Part shown: positions 17,480-27,738 of the stretch, piece after piece
Layout of the letters: each line of letters opens with the position of its first letter
Numbering within the stretch: the stretch's first letter is position 1
Assembly (NCBI GenBank): GCA_964415355.1
Contig: CAYPYS010000003.1
Location: 68,156-132,155, forward strand
Direction of reading: 5' to 3'
Length of the DNA: 64,000 nucleotides
Origin: an uncultured Planctomycetia bacterium
GTDB taxonomy: Bacteria > Omnitrophota > Gorgyraeia > Gorgyraeales > Gorgyraeaceae
Program-made: the position numbers and the translations under genes
The notes under the pieces: generated by a model
Told to the model about the DNA's origin: nothing
What the model saw: only the letters and a program-made list of their open reading frames with translations
Databases searched by the model: none

Positions 17480-19223
17480 GGCCCCGTCCCGATTTCTTCA
17501 GTCTTTCAGAAACTGTTGTTTTTATATCTTCTTCCTTTTTGGGAAAATCCCCCGCATCCTGATCTACCGAATTCCACTCTATAAACTTCTGTCTTAAATT
17601 CTGGAAAAACTTCCTTGCTGAATCCTTGTCTCCAAATTCAAACCGGCTTTCCAGGATCTCGTAGATCACGCGAAATACATGCTTCTGCCTCTCCTTTATC
17701 GTCGCTGCATCCACCTCGTCAAACGCATTCTGCTGCAAGTAAACAGAATCCAGAAACTCTGCCTTTAAATATATGATAAAATCTGAGAGAGACGTCCCTT
17801 CTTCGCCCACGACCTTCATCATCTGGTTTACCTCATTCCCTTTCCTTAAAATACGCTGAGCCGTCTGTATTTCTTTCTCGTCTATAAAACTTTTATATTT
17901 GCTCCAGCTTTCCATGGGATCTATCGCAGGATATTTTCGCGCGTTTGCGCGGTTATTCGAAAGTCCGTGGAATGCTCCGACCACCTTCAATGTGGCCTGG
18001 GTCACTGGTTCCTCAAAATTTCCTCCGGCGGGACTTACGGCTCCTCCTATAGTGACAGAACCAATGCTTCCGTCGCGCAATTTCACCAGGCCTGCGCGTT
18101 CGTAAAAAGAAGCTATCCTGGTCTCAAGATACGCAGGGAACGCTTCTTCGCCGGGTATCTCTTCAAGCCGGCCTGACATCTCGCGCATGGCCTGCGCCCA
18201 GCGCGACGTAGAATCAGCTATCAAGAGAACATTAAGGCCCATCTGGCGATAGTATTCTGCGATAGTAACAGCCGTATACACACTCGATTCACGCGCAGCA
18301 ACAGGCATTGAACTGGTGTTGCAAATAATCACTGTGCGTTCTATAAGAAACCTTCCGGTCCTGGGATCTTTGATCTCAGGGAATGTCCTGAGGGTTTCAA
18401 CGACCTCTCCAGCCCTTTCCCCGCAAGCTGCGATAATGACTATATCTACCTCTGCATGTTTACTTATCAGCTGCTGCAAAACCGTCTTCCCCGAACCAAA
18501 AGGTCCCGGCACGCAATACGTACCTCCGCGAGCAACGGGCATCAGGGTATCAACTATCCTTATTTTTGTAACAAGAGGGTCCTGCGGTTTGAGTTTTTCC
18601 GCATACGCTGATATCGGTACCTTGACAGGCCATATCTGCTGCATCGCGGCATCATGAATATTGCCATGTTCATCTCTGAGTTTTGCGATTGTGTGTTTTA
18701 AATTATATTTACCTTTTTTTACTATTGCTTCTATCTCTAACTCACCATTAAGTCTAAACGGCGCCATTATCCAGTGCTGGAAAATACCTTCTTTTACAAA
18801 TCCAAGCTTACCGCCAGCCCTGCATCTTTCGCCTTTTTTAACAGATGGGGTAAATTCCCATTTAGCTTCGTCAGGCAACGCCTCCAGGTACACGCCACGC
18901 TTCAAGAAAAAACCGCATCGCTCTGCTAGCTGCGGCAATGGATTTTGTAACCCATCGAATATCTGCCCCAAGAGCCCGGGGCCTAATTCAACGGACAGGA
19001 GCTCATCTGAAAATTCAACCTTCTCCCCTACCTTTAAACCTTTTGTATCTTCATATACTTGCAGCTCTGCCTTATTGCCTCTGACGCGGATCACCTCGGA
19101 CTTCAAGCGCTCTTCATTGTGCAGAATAAATGCGACCTCGTTCTGCACGACATAATCATCGAACTCCACTGCCACCATGTTTCCGTTTATACCCGCAATC
19201 TTCCCGATTCTTCTACTTCTCAT
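17463..19223 (-). CDS. ntpA: V-type ATPase catalytic subunit A
   Basis: [10 protein letters not shown]-loop, 586 aa. Confidence 0.9.
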   Translation of the reverse strand: MRSRRIGKIAGINGNMVAVEFDDYVVQNEVAFILHNEERLKSEVIRVRGNKAELQVYEDTKGLKVGEKVEFSDELLSVELGPGLLGQIFDGLQNPLPQLAERCGFFLKRGVYLEALPDEAKWEFTPSVKKGERCRAGGKLGFVKEGIFQHWIMAPFRLNGELEIEAIVKKGKYNLKHTIAKLRDEHGNIHDAAMQQIWPVKVPISAYAEKLKPQDPLVTKIRIVDTLMPVARGGTYCVPGPFGSGKTVLQQLISKHAEVDIVIIAACGERAGEVVETLRTFPEIKDPRTGRFLIERTVIICNTSSMPVAARESSVYTAVTIAEYYRQMGLNVLLIADSTSRWAQAMREMSGRLEEIPGEEAFPAYLETRIASFYERAGLVKLRDGSIGSVTIGGAVSPAGGNFEEPVTQATLKVVGAFHGLSNNRANARKYPAIDPMESWSKYKSFIDEKEIQTAQRILRKGNEVNQMMKVVGEEGTSLSDFIIYLKAEFLDSVYLQQNAFDEVDAATIKERQKHVFRVIYEILESRFEFGDKDSARKFFQNLRQKFIEWNSVDQDAGDFPKKEEDIKTTVSERLKKSGRGHAENI

Positions 19224-19251
19224 CCCCTCTCCTTCTACTCTATAATTTCAC

Positions 19252-19782
19252 TTAAGCAGCGGTGATCAGATCCTGTAAAACCTGCATACCATCACTTGAA
19301 TTTATCTGATCCCAGCGAATTAAAATCTGAAGCTTCAAAGCATAGGTCACTAAATAATCTATATCAAAATAATGGGCCTTGCCAAGATCATCCAGCTTCT
19401 CCCACCTCAATCGATCCAAAGAAACCTCTGCCTCAAGAGGAGAATCTTGATCTACGACCCATTGCGCAAAACCCGCCATAAAAAGATCCGTAGAATCTTC
19501 TCCCCGAATATATTTACTTACATCCTTACCTTGCTTATTGGCCCGCACCCTTATTATCTCATTTACAAGAGTCATGTTAAACTTGTTCCATTCCCTAAGA
19601 GTCAGGCAACGGCTATCAGGCGATTCTAGAGACACGAGTTTTATTTCTTTTATGATATCCAGATCGCCCGGAGATAACTGCTCTTCGCATATGGAAAGAA
19701 AATGCGCATAAGTAAAAGGCGTCTTCATTCCAAATTCAAGCAATGGCAGGCTGGCTATCAGATAATAGTAAGCTTCTCTCAT
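19252..19782 (-). CDS. V-ATPase-associated hypothetical protein (position of Chlamydia CT309/DUF2764)
   Basis: 176 aa between subunits E and A, as in chlamydial-type V-ATPase operons. Confidence 0.35.
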   Translation of the reverse strand: MREAYYYLIASLPLLEFGMKTPFTYAHFLSICEEQLSPGDLDIIKEIKLVSLESPDSRCLTLREWNKFNMTLVNEIIRVRANKQGKDVSKYIRGEDSTDLFMAGFAQWVVDQDSPLEAEVSLDRLRWEKLDDLGKAHYFDIDYLVTYALKLQILIRWDQINSSDGMQVLQDLITAA

Positions 19783-20381
19783 TTTAACAATTTTGAAAGT
19801 TCAGGATTCAGATACGAACAAAGCGCTGCTGCTAATCCCTCGTCTGTAAAATCGAAAAAGGACTTTCCCTTATCAAAGCTCATGGAAAATCCCGCATTTA
19901 TATCCTGAGACGGTTTAAACTCTATCCCGTCTTTGAGTTTTTCTTTTAGTTTCGATATAAAAGTATTTCTAAGTTTTGCCAGGTCTTCTTTTTTTAACAA
20001 TACCTTTATATCAGAGGTCTTGCCGCTTTGATCGACATATTTTTTTATAAGGCTCTTTAAAATCTCTGCTGTATCTTCAGGCGACATGGCCTTAACAGCC
20101 TCGGCACTCACTATCTTGCCAAAAAGTTTCCTTATCTCATCTTTTAAAGAAAGCATGAGGTCTCGCGAAGCCTGTTTTAATGCTGTCTCTCCTGACTTTT
20201 TTGTTTTCTCAGATTCTATTTTAGCATACTCTACTATCTTTTTTGCTTCCATCTTTGCATCAGAGAGTATCCTTTCTGCATCCTTCTTTGCCTTTGTCTC
20301 TATAGATCTGTATTTTTCTTCTGCCTTCTTTACGCCTTCCATGTTTATCTTTTCAAGAAGTTCTTTTAGTTTCTCTGACAT
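19779..20381 (-). CDS. ntpE: V-type ATPase subunit E
   Basis: Lys/Glu-rich coiled coil MSEKLKELLEKINMEGVKKAEEKYRS. Confidence 0.7.
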   Translation of the reverse strand: MSEKLKELLEKINMEGVKKAEEKYRSIETKAKKDAERILSDAKMEAKKIVEYAKIESEKTKKSGETALKQASRDLMLSLKDEIRKLFGKIVSAEAVKAMSPEDTAEILKSLIKKYVDQSGKTSDIKVLLKKEDLAKLRNTFISKLKEKLKDGIEFKPSQDINAGFSMSFDKGKSFFDFTDEGLAAALCSYLNPELSKLLK

Positions 20382-20409
20382 GATAATATCTCCGTATTTT
20401 ATTACCACC

Positions 20410-20446
20410 TAACTTTACATTTCAACAACGTTAAAGTGTAAAGTTA
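20410..20446. repeat. element copy 8 (ntpE/pyrE junction)
   Basis: consensus copy; supplies pyrE stop. Confidence 0.9.
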
Positions 20447-21010
20447 GCGGCTGCCGGGTTTTGTTATCTCGGCCCCTTTTTTGCACAAAGGGCACTGTTC
20501 TGGGGGGAAAACTGGAAGATCTAATTTTATCAGACTAAATGACTTTACGCCAAAATCTATTTTTTCGCTACTTCTGTCTATAATACTTCCAACACCTATT
20601 ATACTTGCGCCGGTTGCTTTTACAACCTCTAAAACCTCCTTGGTCGAAAGACCGGTCGTTATCACGTCTTCGACCACAAGTACCCTTTCGCCAGGCCTGA
20701 TCTCAAAACCTCTCCTCAAAACCATGGACCTGTCTTTTCTTTCTGTAAAAATAGAGGTGACCCCTAAAGCCCTTGCTGTCTCATAAGAGACGATCACTCC
20801 TCCGAGCGCTGGCGCGACGACGCACGCAGGCTTCTCATCTTTGAAATGACTGGCAAGCTGCGCACATAATTTCTCGGCATATTCCGGATATTGTAGAATC
20901 CTGGCGCATTGCAAATAATCACCGCTGTGCAATCCACTCGATAATCTAAAATGCCCCTTTAGAAGCGCCTTTGTATTTTTTAGAATTCTCAGGATTTCTT
21001 TTTCTTTCAT
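20444..21010 (-). CDS. pyrE: orotate phosphoribosyltransferase
   Basis: LVVEDVITTGLSTKE PRPP-binding motif; stop supplied by repeat copy. Confidence 0.85.
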   Translation of the reverse strand: MKEKEILRILKNTKALLKGHFRLSSGLHSGDYLQCARILQYPEYAEKLCAQLASHFKDEKPACVVAPALGGVIVSYETARALGVTSIFTERKDRSMVLRRGFEIRPGERVLVVEDVITTGLSTKEVLEVVKATGASIIGVGSIIDRSSEKIDFGVKSFSLIKLDLPVFPPEQCPLCKKGAEITKPGSR

Positions 21011-21022
21011 ATCTTCAAAGGC

Positions 21023-21059
21023 TAACTTTACATTTCAACAACGTTAAAGTGTAAAGTTA
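21023..21059. repeat. element copy 9 (pyrE/pyrF junction)
   Basis: consensus copy; supplies pyrF stop. Confidence 0.9.
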
Positions 21060-21752
21060 GAACATGCTTTGTAATGCCTTGACAGGGTCTTTTGCCTTTG
21101 TAATAGGCCGGCCGATTACTATGTAATCCGCTCCAGCATCGATTGCCTGTTTTGGCGTAGCAACTCTTTTCTGGTCCTCTTTTTGGCTTCCTTCAGGCCT
21201 GACTCCGGGTGTAACTATTAAGAAATTCTCCCCAAATGTCTTCCTGAGCTTTGCGGTTTCTTTAGGAGACGCCACAACGCCATCCAGCCCTGAATCTTTT
21301 GCCAGCCTGGCAAGGTCAAATACCTGTTCCTCCGGCACTTTGTTGATCCCAACCTCACGCAGAGATTCTTTATCCATGCTTGTAAGAACAGTAACTCCTA
21401 AAATCCTCGGCCTGCCCTGACCCAATCTTTCGCTCTCTTCTTCGGCCCCCTCGAGCGCAGCCTTCATCATGGCCCTTCCGCCAGAAGCATGCACATTAAA
21501 CATGGTCGCGCCTAACCGCGCAGCAACCCTTGCAGAACTTTTGACAGTATTTGGGATATCATGGAACTTTAAATCCAAAAATATATCTTTGTCATGTTTT
21601 TTAATTATATCTATTGCCTTTGCGCCGCAGGAATAAAATAATTCCATGCCTACCTTAAAAATATTTACATGCGGACTTAATATGTCGAGCAAACGATCGA
21701 CTTCCTTGATCGTATTGGTATCAAGCGCTACTATGACTTTGTCTTTGTCCAT
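21057..21752 (-). CDS. pyrF: orotidine 5'-phosphate decarboxylase
   Basis: MDKDKVIVALDTNT..FKVGMELF, 231 aa. Confidence 0.85.
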   Translation of the reverse strand: MDKDKVIVALDTNTIKEVDRLLDILSPHVNIFKVGMELFYSCGAKAIDIIKKHDKDIFLDLKFHDIPNTVKSSARVAARLGATMFNVHASGGRAMMKAALEGAEEESERLGQGRPRILGVTVLTSMDKESLREVGINKVPEEQVFDLARLAKDSGLDGVVASPKETAKLRKTFGENFLIVTPGVRPEGSQKEDQKRVATPKQAIDAGADYIVIGRPITKAKDPVKALQSMF

Positions 21753-22588
21753 TTCTCAACACCTTTTATTATTTTTTCGCAGATACACGGCTCTACAAAA
21801 TTGGCTGTACCTACCTGCACTGCCTTTGCGCCTGCTATTAAAAATTCAATTGCGTCTTCCGCATCCATTATACCACCCATGCCTATAACTGGCTTTTTAA
21901 TATTCTTCGCGACCTCCCAGACCATTCTCAGCGCGATAGGCTTTATGCACGGCCCGCTCAATCCCCCGACGATATTCCCAAGCTTTGGTTTTCCTGTCTC
22001 TATATCTATGGCCATCCCCAAAAAAGTATTAACCAGGCTTACTGCGTCTGAGCCTGCGCTGCAGGCTGCCCTGGCGATCTCTACAACATCAGTCACATTC
22101 GGTGAAAGCTTCGTGATCAATGTCTTGCCCGTAGTCATTCTCGCGCTTTTAACCACATCGTACGTCGCATCTTTGTCTTGCGCAACCAGGTTTTTAGCTT
22201 TTATATTAGGGCACGATATATTCAACTCCAACCCGTCCACGCCTTTGACTTTATCCAACCTTTTGGCCAGCTGACAAAATTCCTTTGTACTATCCCCTGA
22301 TATACTTACGATTATCGGCACACCAAGTTTTGATAGATATGGTAATTTCTCTTTTATAAAATTTTCAACGCCTTCATTTTGCAGGCCAATGGAATTAAGC
22401 ATACCATAAGCCGTCTCGCAAACCCTAGGCATAGGGTTGCCGGGCCGCGCTTTAATAGTTATTGTCTTCGTGACTATCGCGCCCAGTTTCTTTAAGTCCA
22501 CTAGCCCTTCAAACTCCTTTGCGTAACCAAAGGTGCCTGAAGCGACCATCACAGGATTTTTTAATTTTATCTTCCCTATCCTAATCAC
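21731..22588 (-). CDS. pyrD: dihydroorotate dehydrogenase catalytic subunit (class 1B)
   Basis: Probable GTG start at 22588 (GGGAGA RBS); track ORF N-terminus MLKCKVSGRC is repeat read-through. Confidence 0.8.
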   Translation of the reverse strand: MIRIGKIKLKNPVMVASGTFGYAKEFEGLVDLKKLGAIVTKTITIKARPGNPMPRVCETAYGMLNSIGLQNEGVENFIKEKLPYLSKLGVPIIVSISGDSTKEFCQLAKRLDKVKGVDGLELNISCPNIKAKNLVAQDKDATYDVVKSARMTTGKTLITKLSPNVTDVVEIARAACSAGSDAVSLVNTFLGMAIDIETGKPKLGNIVGGLSGPCIKPIALRMVWEVAKNIKKPVIGMGGIMDAEDAIEFLIAGAKAVQVGTANFVEPCICEKIIKGVEKWTKTKS

Positions 22589-22602
22589 TCTACATCTCCC
22601 GC

Positions 22603-22639
22603 TAACTTTACATTTCAACAACGTTAAAGTGTAAAGTTA
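22603..22639. repeat. element copy 10 (pyrK/pyrD junction, inside operon)
   Basis: consensus copy; supplies pyrK stop. Confidence 0.9.
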
Positions 22640-23424
22640 GCCCCATATTATTTCATTGGCGTCGAATATGGGTCCGTCTTTGCATACAAACTTACAGGCA
22701 ATACCTTTGCCTTTTACTCTCACAGCGCAACCCAGGCACGCGCCAATGCCACACGCCATTTCTTCTTCCAACGAAGCATAGCATTTTATCTTATTCTTAG
22801 CACAAATATCAGCAATGCTTTTTAACATTGGTTGTGGCCCACATGTATAAATCGTTGACCTGTTGGCCTGTAAAATTTTTTGAAATAAGCCTGAAACAAA
22901 ACCTTTATATCCTTTGCTTCCGTCATCAGTAGCAATATGGACTTTAGCGCCAAGATTTTTAAAATCCTTCTCGCACAATAGCGTTTTCTTTGTCTTTGCA
23001 CCGATCAAAACAGTCATCTTTATTTTCTTCTTGGCTAAAACCTCTGCAAGAAAAACCAGCGGCGCAACGCCTATGCCGCCAGTGATTAGAATTGCCGTTT
23101 GCCGCTTGTCGCCCTTCGCCCGAGGCAATGTAAAACCATTGCCCAAAGGGCCTAAGACTTTAAGAAAATCTCCTTTTTTCTTTCTAGCTAATAACTCTGT
23201 TCCTTTGCCTATTACTTCATATAAAATTTCGATCGCATTTTGAGTTTTAAGCCTATGAATACTAAACGGTCTCCTCAAAAACGGCTCTAGCGTATCACTG
23301 CACCTAACCTGCACAAACTGGCCTGCTTTTGCGCTCTTCGCAATACTAGGTGCCTCAAGGCCCATCTTAAAATAGCCTGACCCTATATTCTCGTTGGATA
23401 AAACCTTTGCTTTTATGTCTTTCA
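22637..23424 (-). CDS. pyrK: dihydroorotate dehydrogenase electron-transfer subunit
   Basis: FAD/NAD-binding fold, C-terminal CGIGACLGC Fe-S motif; stop codon from repeat copy. Confidence 0.85.
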
Positions 23425-23438
23425 TCTCGCGCAATCGG

Positions 23439-23477
23439 CTTAAGTATACACTTTAACATTGTTAAAATGTATACTTA
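23439..23477. repeat. element copy 11 (GTATAC subfamily)
   Basis: cttaagtatacactttaacattgttaaaatgtatacttaa. Confidence 0.85.
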
Positions 23478-23495
23478 AAATTAAAATGTTTCTTA

Positions 23496-24728
23496 TTAGA
23501 AGAGGTTGAGCTGTTTTTCCTCTTTGACCTCTGCTCCTTTTAATATATCTATCTTACCGTATTCACCGTCAAATCCCGGGAGTATCTCAACATTCCCGTT
23601 TCTCACGTTCAAAATCGCCTTTGCTATCTTGCTAGGAAGTTTCTTCAAAAGATCGCCCTCGCTCACCTCAGTAAGTACCTCGAATTCTGTGCCGACTCTC
23701 GGGACTATAGCTCGATACTCTGCTGCTACTGCCTTGGAGCCATCGCCTACGCCAAGGACATCCGAGATGATTTCGGCAAGCGGCACCATTCTCTTGTAAG
23801 GGATCCTTGCCTCTGGCTCAAATCCCTCAGGCCTATCTGCAAGCTCGTCTACTCTGTTCATGACACCTACTGTCAAAGGTTTGCCGCAGGCAGGGCAAAT
23901 ATTTTTATTCTTCTTGCTTTCTGAAGGGCTAAATCTCACATTGCAATTCCTGTGACCATCATAGTGATATTTTCCTTCTTCTGGAAAGAACTCAATGGTA
24001 TGAAGGAATTTTTTTCTGTCTTTCTTTTTCAAAACATCTACTATAGAGTTATAACTCATCTCTGTATCAAATACATTTGCCTCTCGCCCGATCTTCTGTG
24101 GTGAGTGTGAATCAGAATTTGATATCAGGCTGAATCTATCGAGCTTACTCCAGCGCCAGTTCATGCCAGGATCTGACGATAACCCTGTTTCGAGCGCATA
24201 GATATCCTTTGAATATTCTTCGAAACATTCTTCTATTGTATCAAATCCTGATTTAGACCCGAACAATGAAAACCACGGGGTCCATATATGGCCAGGCACG
24301 ACGAATACGTCTTTGCTTATCCCAAAGAGAATCTCGACAAGATCTTTTGCATCCATACCTATAATAGGTCTCCCGTCAGCCGAGAGGTTCCCGTAACCGG
24401 AAAGCGTTGAATTTATTTTTTCAGCGATCTTGAAGCTCGGCGCGAAAATAACATTGTGGATCTTTCTGACCTTTCCGCCTTTAGAATAGATGCAGGATAT
24501 CTCACCCGTAAGAATAAAATTCACTCCGTTGTACTCAAATAAACCATTGCCTGAATCCTTCAAGGTATCTTTTAATTCTTCCAACCATAGGTAATGCGTA
24601 AAGTCACCCGTGCCCAATAGTGATATACCTTTGATCTTTGCGAATTCCGAAAGAGTCTTCACCTCCATCTGAGGACTGGTGGCACGGCTATACTTAGAAT
24701 GGATATGAAAATCAGCTACAAACTTCAT
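23496..24728 (-). CDS. PHP-domain protein with C4 zinc ribbon, endonuclease Q-like (TIGR00375-type)
   Basis: N-terminal FHIHSKYSRATSP PHP motif, CPACGKPL zinc finger, 410 aa; embedded between pyrK and pyrC. Confidence 0.45.
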   Translation of the reverse strand: MKFVADFHIHSKYSRATSPQMEVKTLSEFAKIKGISLLGTGDFTHYLWLEELKDTLKDSGNGLFEYNGVNFILTGEISCIYSKGGKVRKIHNVIFAPSFKIAEKINSTLSGYGNLSADGRPIIGMDAKDLVEILFGISKDVFVVPGHIWTPWFSLFGSKSGFDTIEECFEEYSKDIYALETGLSSDPGMNWRWSKLDRFSLISNSDSHSPQKIGREANVFDTEMSYNSIVDVLKKKDRKKFLHTIEFFPEEGKYHYDGHRNCNVRFSPSESKKNKNICPACGKPLTVGVMNRVDELADRPEGFEPEARIPYKRMVPLAEIISDVLGVGDGSKAVAAEYRAIVPRVGTEFEVLTEVSEGDLLKKLPSKIAKAILNVRNGNVEILPGFDGEYGKIDILKGAEVKEEKQLNLF

Positions 24729-26008
24729 ATATATCCTCCATTATAAACGATCTCGCCTTTGCAAATAGTGCATTCGACTAAGCCTTTTAATTTTTTGCCC
24801 AGGAATGCGGAATTTTTCGACTTGGACACAAGATTCCTCTTCTTAACTATCCATTCTTTATCCGGAGAAACTATTGCTATATCTGCATCACAACCCGCGC
24901 TTAAAGACCCCTTGTCTATACCTGAAATCTTCGCAGGCTCAGAACACATTTTTTTAACCAGATCGCTCCAGCTCAAAAGCCCTGTGTGGACCAGCTCAGT
25001 CGCGCTGACCGCAAGCTCTGTTTCTAAGCCAATACTCCCTGACGCTGCGTGTTCGAATTCTATCTCTTTCTCGTTTTCTGTATGAGGCGCGTGGTCAGAG
25101 GCAATGACATCTATCGTACCTTCTTTAAGGCCTTGCTTTATAGCATCGGCATCTAGTTTACTTCTTAAAGGAGGATTTATTTTCATGTTCGTGTTGTAAT
25201 CGAGCACATCGTCCTCGTTCAAACTAAAATAATGCGGGGCTGTTTCTGCTGTCACTTTTATACCTTTTTTCTTTGCCTTTTTTATGACCTCGATCGACTC
25301 TTTGCAACTAAGGTGGGCTATGTGAATAGCTGCGCCTGCCTTTTCTGCTAATCTAATATCGCGCTCGACTCTCTTATATTCTGATTCGCAAGAAACCCCT
25401 TTCAGGCCAAGCCTGGTCGAAGTAAAACCAAGATTTACAACACCTTTGCTGGAAAGCGCCTGGTCTTCACAGTGACATATTACAATAATCTTTTCTTTCT
25501 TTGCCTTGGTAAGAGCCTTTAGTAACAACTCATCGCTGTCTACAGATGAACCATCGTCGCTTATGGCAATTACACCTTCTTTCTTTAAGGTCGCAATGTC
25601 ACAGAGCTCTTTGCCTTCGCGACCAAGCGTAATCGCACCTACCATAAACACATCTACGTCAGCTGTCCTTTTTATAATGTCTTTGAGAAGCTTCACGTTC
25701 TCTACGCAATCAATAGCCGGAAGCGTGTTTGGCATTGTCAAAACACTTGTCACGCCACCTTTTGCAGCTGCCTTTGTGCCGCTCGCTACTGTCTCTTTGT
25801 CTCCCCTGCCAGGCTCTCTCAAGTGCACGTGCATATCTACGAGCCCAGGCATAACTATTTTGTTTTTAGCATCGATCGCTTTGTCTGCCTCTGATGTTAT
25901 AGACTTTTCCACTCTGGAAATCTTGGCACCGCTTACAAGAATATCCATTGTCTCTTCTATGTTATTAGCAGGATCTATTACGAGCCCATTCTTAATCAAT
26001 AATTTCAT
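24725..26008 (-). CDS. pyrC: dihydroorotase
   Basis: DMHVHLREPG metal-binding motif, 427 aa. Confidence 0.85.
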   Translation of the reverse strand: MKLLIKNGLVIDPANNIEETMDILVSGAKISRVEKSITSEADKAIDAKNKIVMPGLVDMHVHLREPGRGDKETVASGTKAAAKGGVTSVLTMPNTLPAIDCVENVKLLKDIIKRTADVDVFMVGAITLGREGKELCDIATLKKEGVIAISDDGSSVDSDELLLKALTKAKKEKIIVICHCEDQALSSKGVVNLGFTSTRLGLKGVSCESEYKRVERDIRLAEKAGAAIHIAHLSCKESIEVIKKAKKKGIKVTAETAPHYFSLNEDDVLDYNTNMKINPPLRSKLDADAIKQGLKEGTIDVIASDHAPHTENEKEIEFEHAASGSIGLETELAVSATELVHTGLLSWSDLVKKMCSEPAKISGIDKGSLSAGCDADIAIVSPDKEWIVKKRNLVSKSKNSAFLGKKLKGLVECTICKGEIVYNGGYI

Positions 26009-26966
26009 TGTTATTTTTCTTCTCCCTTGCCTGCGACAACCAAAATAAAACTGCCATGCGCACAGCTATGCCGTTTGTAACCTGTTCGAGAATAACAGAA
26101 TTCGCGCCGTCTGCCACCTTACTCGAGATCTCAATTCCCCTGTTTATAGGGCCCGGATGCATTATTACAATATCTTTTTTGACCTTAGCCAATCGCTCCT
26201 CTGTTATTCCGAATTTCTTGAAATATTCCAACTGCTGTGGAAACGCTGTTTTTTCGTCCCGCTCAAACTGCATCCTTAATACATTTACTGCATCAGCACC
26301 TGAAAGCGCCTCGTCTATGTCATCTGTAACTTCGATGCCCATCTTTTCTATGCCAGGTGGTATCAACATACTAGGCGCGCAGACCATGACCTTTGCACCT
26401 AATTTAGTCAGGCCCCAGATGTTCGAACGCGCAACGCGCGAATGTGCAATATCCCCAACTATACTGACTTTCAAGCCTTCTATACGTCCTAATTTTTTCT
26501 TCAGCGTAAATATGTCCAGAAGGCCCTGGGTAGGATGCTCATGCCATCCATCGCCTGCGTTCACAACGCTTATATTCACGTGACGCGCGAGCATGGTTGC
26601 TGCGCCTGAACAATTGTGCCTTACGATAATGATGTCTGCCTTCAATGCCTCTATGTTCTTGCCTGTATCATTTAATGTCTCGCCTTTTTTCACGCTTGAG
26701 GTCTCTGTCGCGATATTAATGACATCTGCGGATAATCTCTTGGCAGCTATCTCAAAAGACACCCTTGTCCTCGTAGAGGGTTCGTAGAACAAATTTACGA
26801 CTGTTTTTCCGCGAAGAGCAGGCACCTTTTTTATAGGCCTATCTAGTATCTCCCTGAAAGAATCTGCCGTCTCCAAGACCAATTCTATGTCATCCTTGGA
26901 AAGATACTCCAGGCCTAAAAGATCCTTATGGACCCATTTTGTCTTTTTCTTTGTCGTCTTAGCCAT
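25992..26966 (-). CDS. pyrB: aspartate carbamoyltransferase catalytic subunit
   Basis: STRTR and HPTQ motifs. Confidence 0.9.
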   Translation of the reverse strand: MAKTTKKKTKWVHKDLLGLEYLSKDDIELVLETADSFREILDRPIKKVPALRGKTVVNLFYEPSTRTRVSFEIAAKRLSADVINIATETSSVKKGETLNDTGKNIEALKADIIIVRHNCSGAATMLARHVNISVVNAGDGWHEHPTQGLLDIFTLKKKLGRIEGLKVSIVGDIAHSRVARSNIWGLTKLGAKVMVCAPSMLIPPGIEKMGIEVTDDIDEALSGADAVNVLRMQFERDEKTAFPQQLEYFKKFGITEERLAKVKKDIVIMHPGPINRGIEISSKVADGANSVILEQVTNGIAVRMAVLFWLSQAREKKNNNEIID

Positions 26967-27510
26967 CTTGTGCTTCCTCTATAAAAACAATATCTTCTCC
27001 ATCTGTCTCTTCCAGTTTCAACTGCACAAGCTCTTTTTGAGACGTCGGGACATTTTTACCCACATAGTCTGCTCTTATCGGCAGCTCCCTGTGGCCCCTG
27101 TCTATAAGGATCGCTAACTGTATAATCTTGGGTCTGCCAAAATCTATAAGCGCGTCTAAGGCACATCGTATAGTCCTGCCTGTATACAGCACATCATCGA
27201 CCAATATTATAACCTTCCCTTCTATGTCAAAATCTATCTCTGTCCTATGCACCACAGGCTGTTCTGATATAACGCTCAAATCATCCCTGTATAATGTAAT
27301 ATCTAGAGCGCCTACTGGCAATTTTGCGCCATCGATTGCTTCTATCGCCGCTGCAATCCTCTCTGCAAGAACATAGCCTCTGGTCCTGATACCGATTATT
27401 GCCAGATCTTTAGAACCCTTGTTTTTTTCCAAGATCTCGTGGCTTATCCTTTTGATTGCGCGTTCTATCTCTTCTTTTGTCAGGATATTTGCCTTTTGTT
27501 TAAACCCCAT
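26959..27510 (-). CDS. pyrR: bifunctional PyrR regulator/uracil phosphoribosyltransferase
   Basis: Start MGFKQ with GGAGG RBS; [16 protein letters not shown] motif. Confidence 0.85.
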   Translation of the reverse strand: MGFKQKANILTKEEIERAIKRISHEILEKNKGSKDLAIIGIRTRGYVLAERIAAAIEAIDGAKLPVGALDITLYRDDLSVISEQPVVHRTEIDFDIEGKVIILVDDVLYTGRTIRCALDALIDFGRPKIIQLAILIDRGHRELPIRADYVGKNVPTSQKELVQLKLEETDGEDIVFIEEAQDG

Positions 27511-27520
27511 ACTGCCTCCG

Positions 27521-27632
27521 AGCAAAAAAAATACCTTCCCGCTTATTTATAGCAAGAAGGTATAAGTTTCTTCGATTCTCTATGCACTTTCATTTTTACC
27601 ACCTTATCAACCTCTCAGGGCTGATTTAAAGG
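27521..27632 (-). promoter_or_regulatory. PyrR-type transcription attenuator: terminator hairpin plus U8 next to RBS, and upstream PyrR-box-like loop
   Basis: Transcript ACCUUCUUGC-loop-GCGGGAAGGU then UAUUUUUUUU at 27521..27560; AGCCCUGAGAGGUU at ~27608..27624 matches ARUCCNGNGAGGYU 13/14. Confidence 0.45.
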
Positions 27633-27676
27633 TTATCTTTCCTATTATTATACAGAAAATACCTGATTTGTCAATC

Positions 27677-27715
27677 CTTAAGTATACTTTCAACAATGTT
27701 AAAAGTATACTTAAG
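27677..27715. repeat. element copy 12 (GTATAC subfamily, shortened arms)
   Basis: cttaagtatactttcaacaatgttaaaagtatacttaag. Confidence 0.8.
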
Positions 27716-27738
27716 CTTACGTACCCAGCTCTGTAAAG

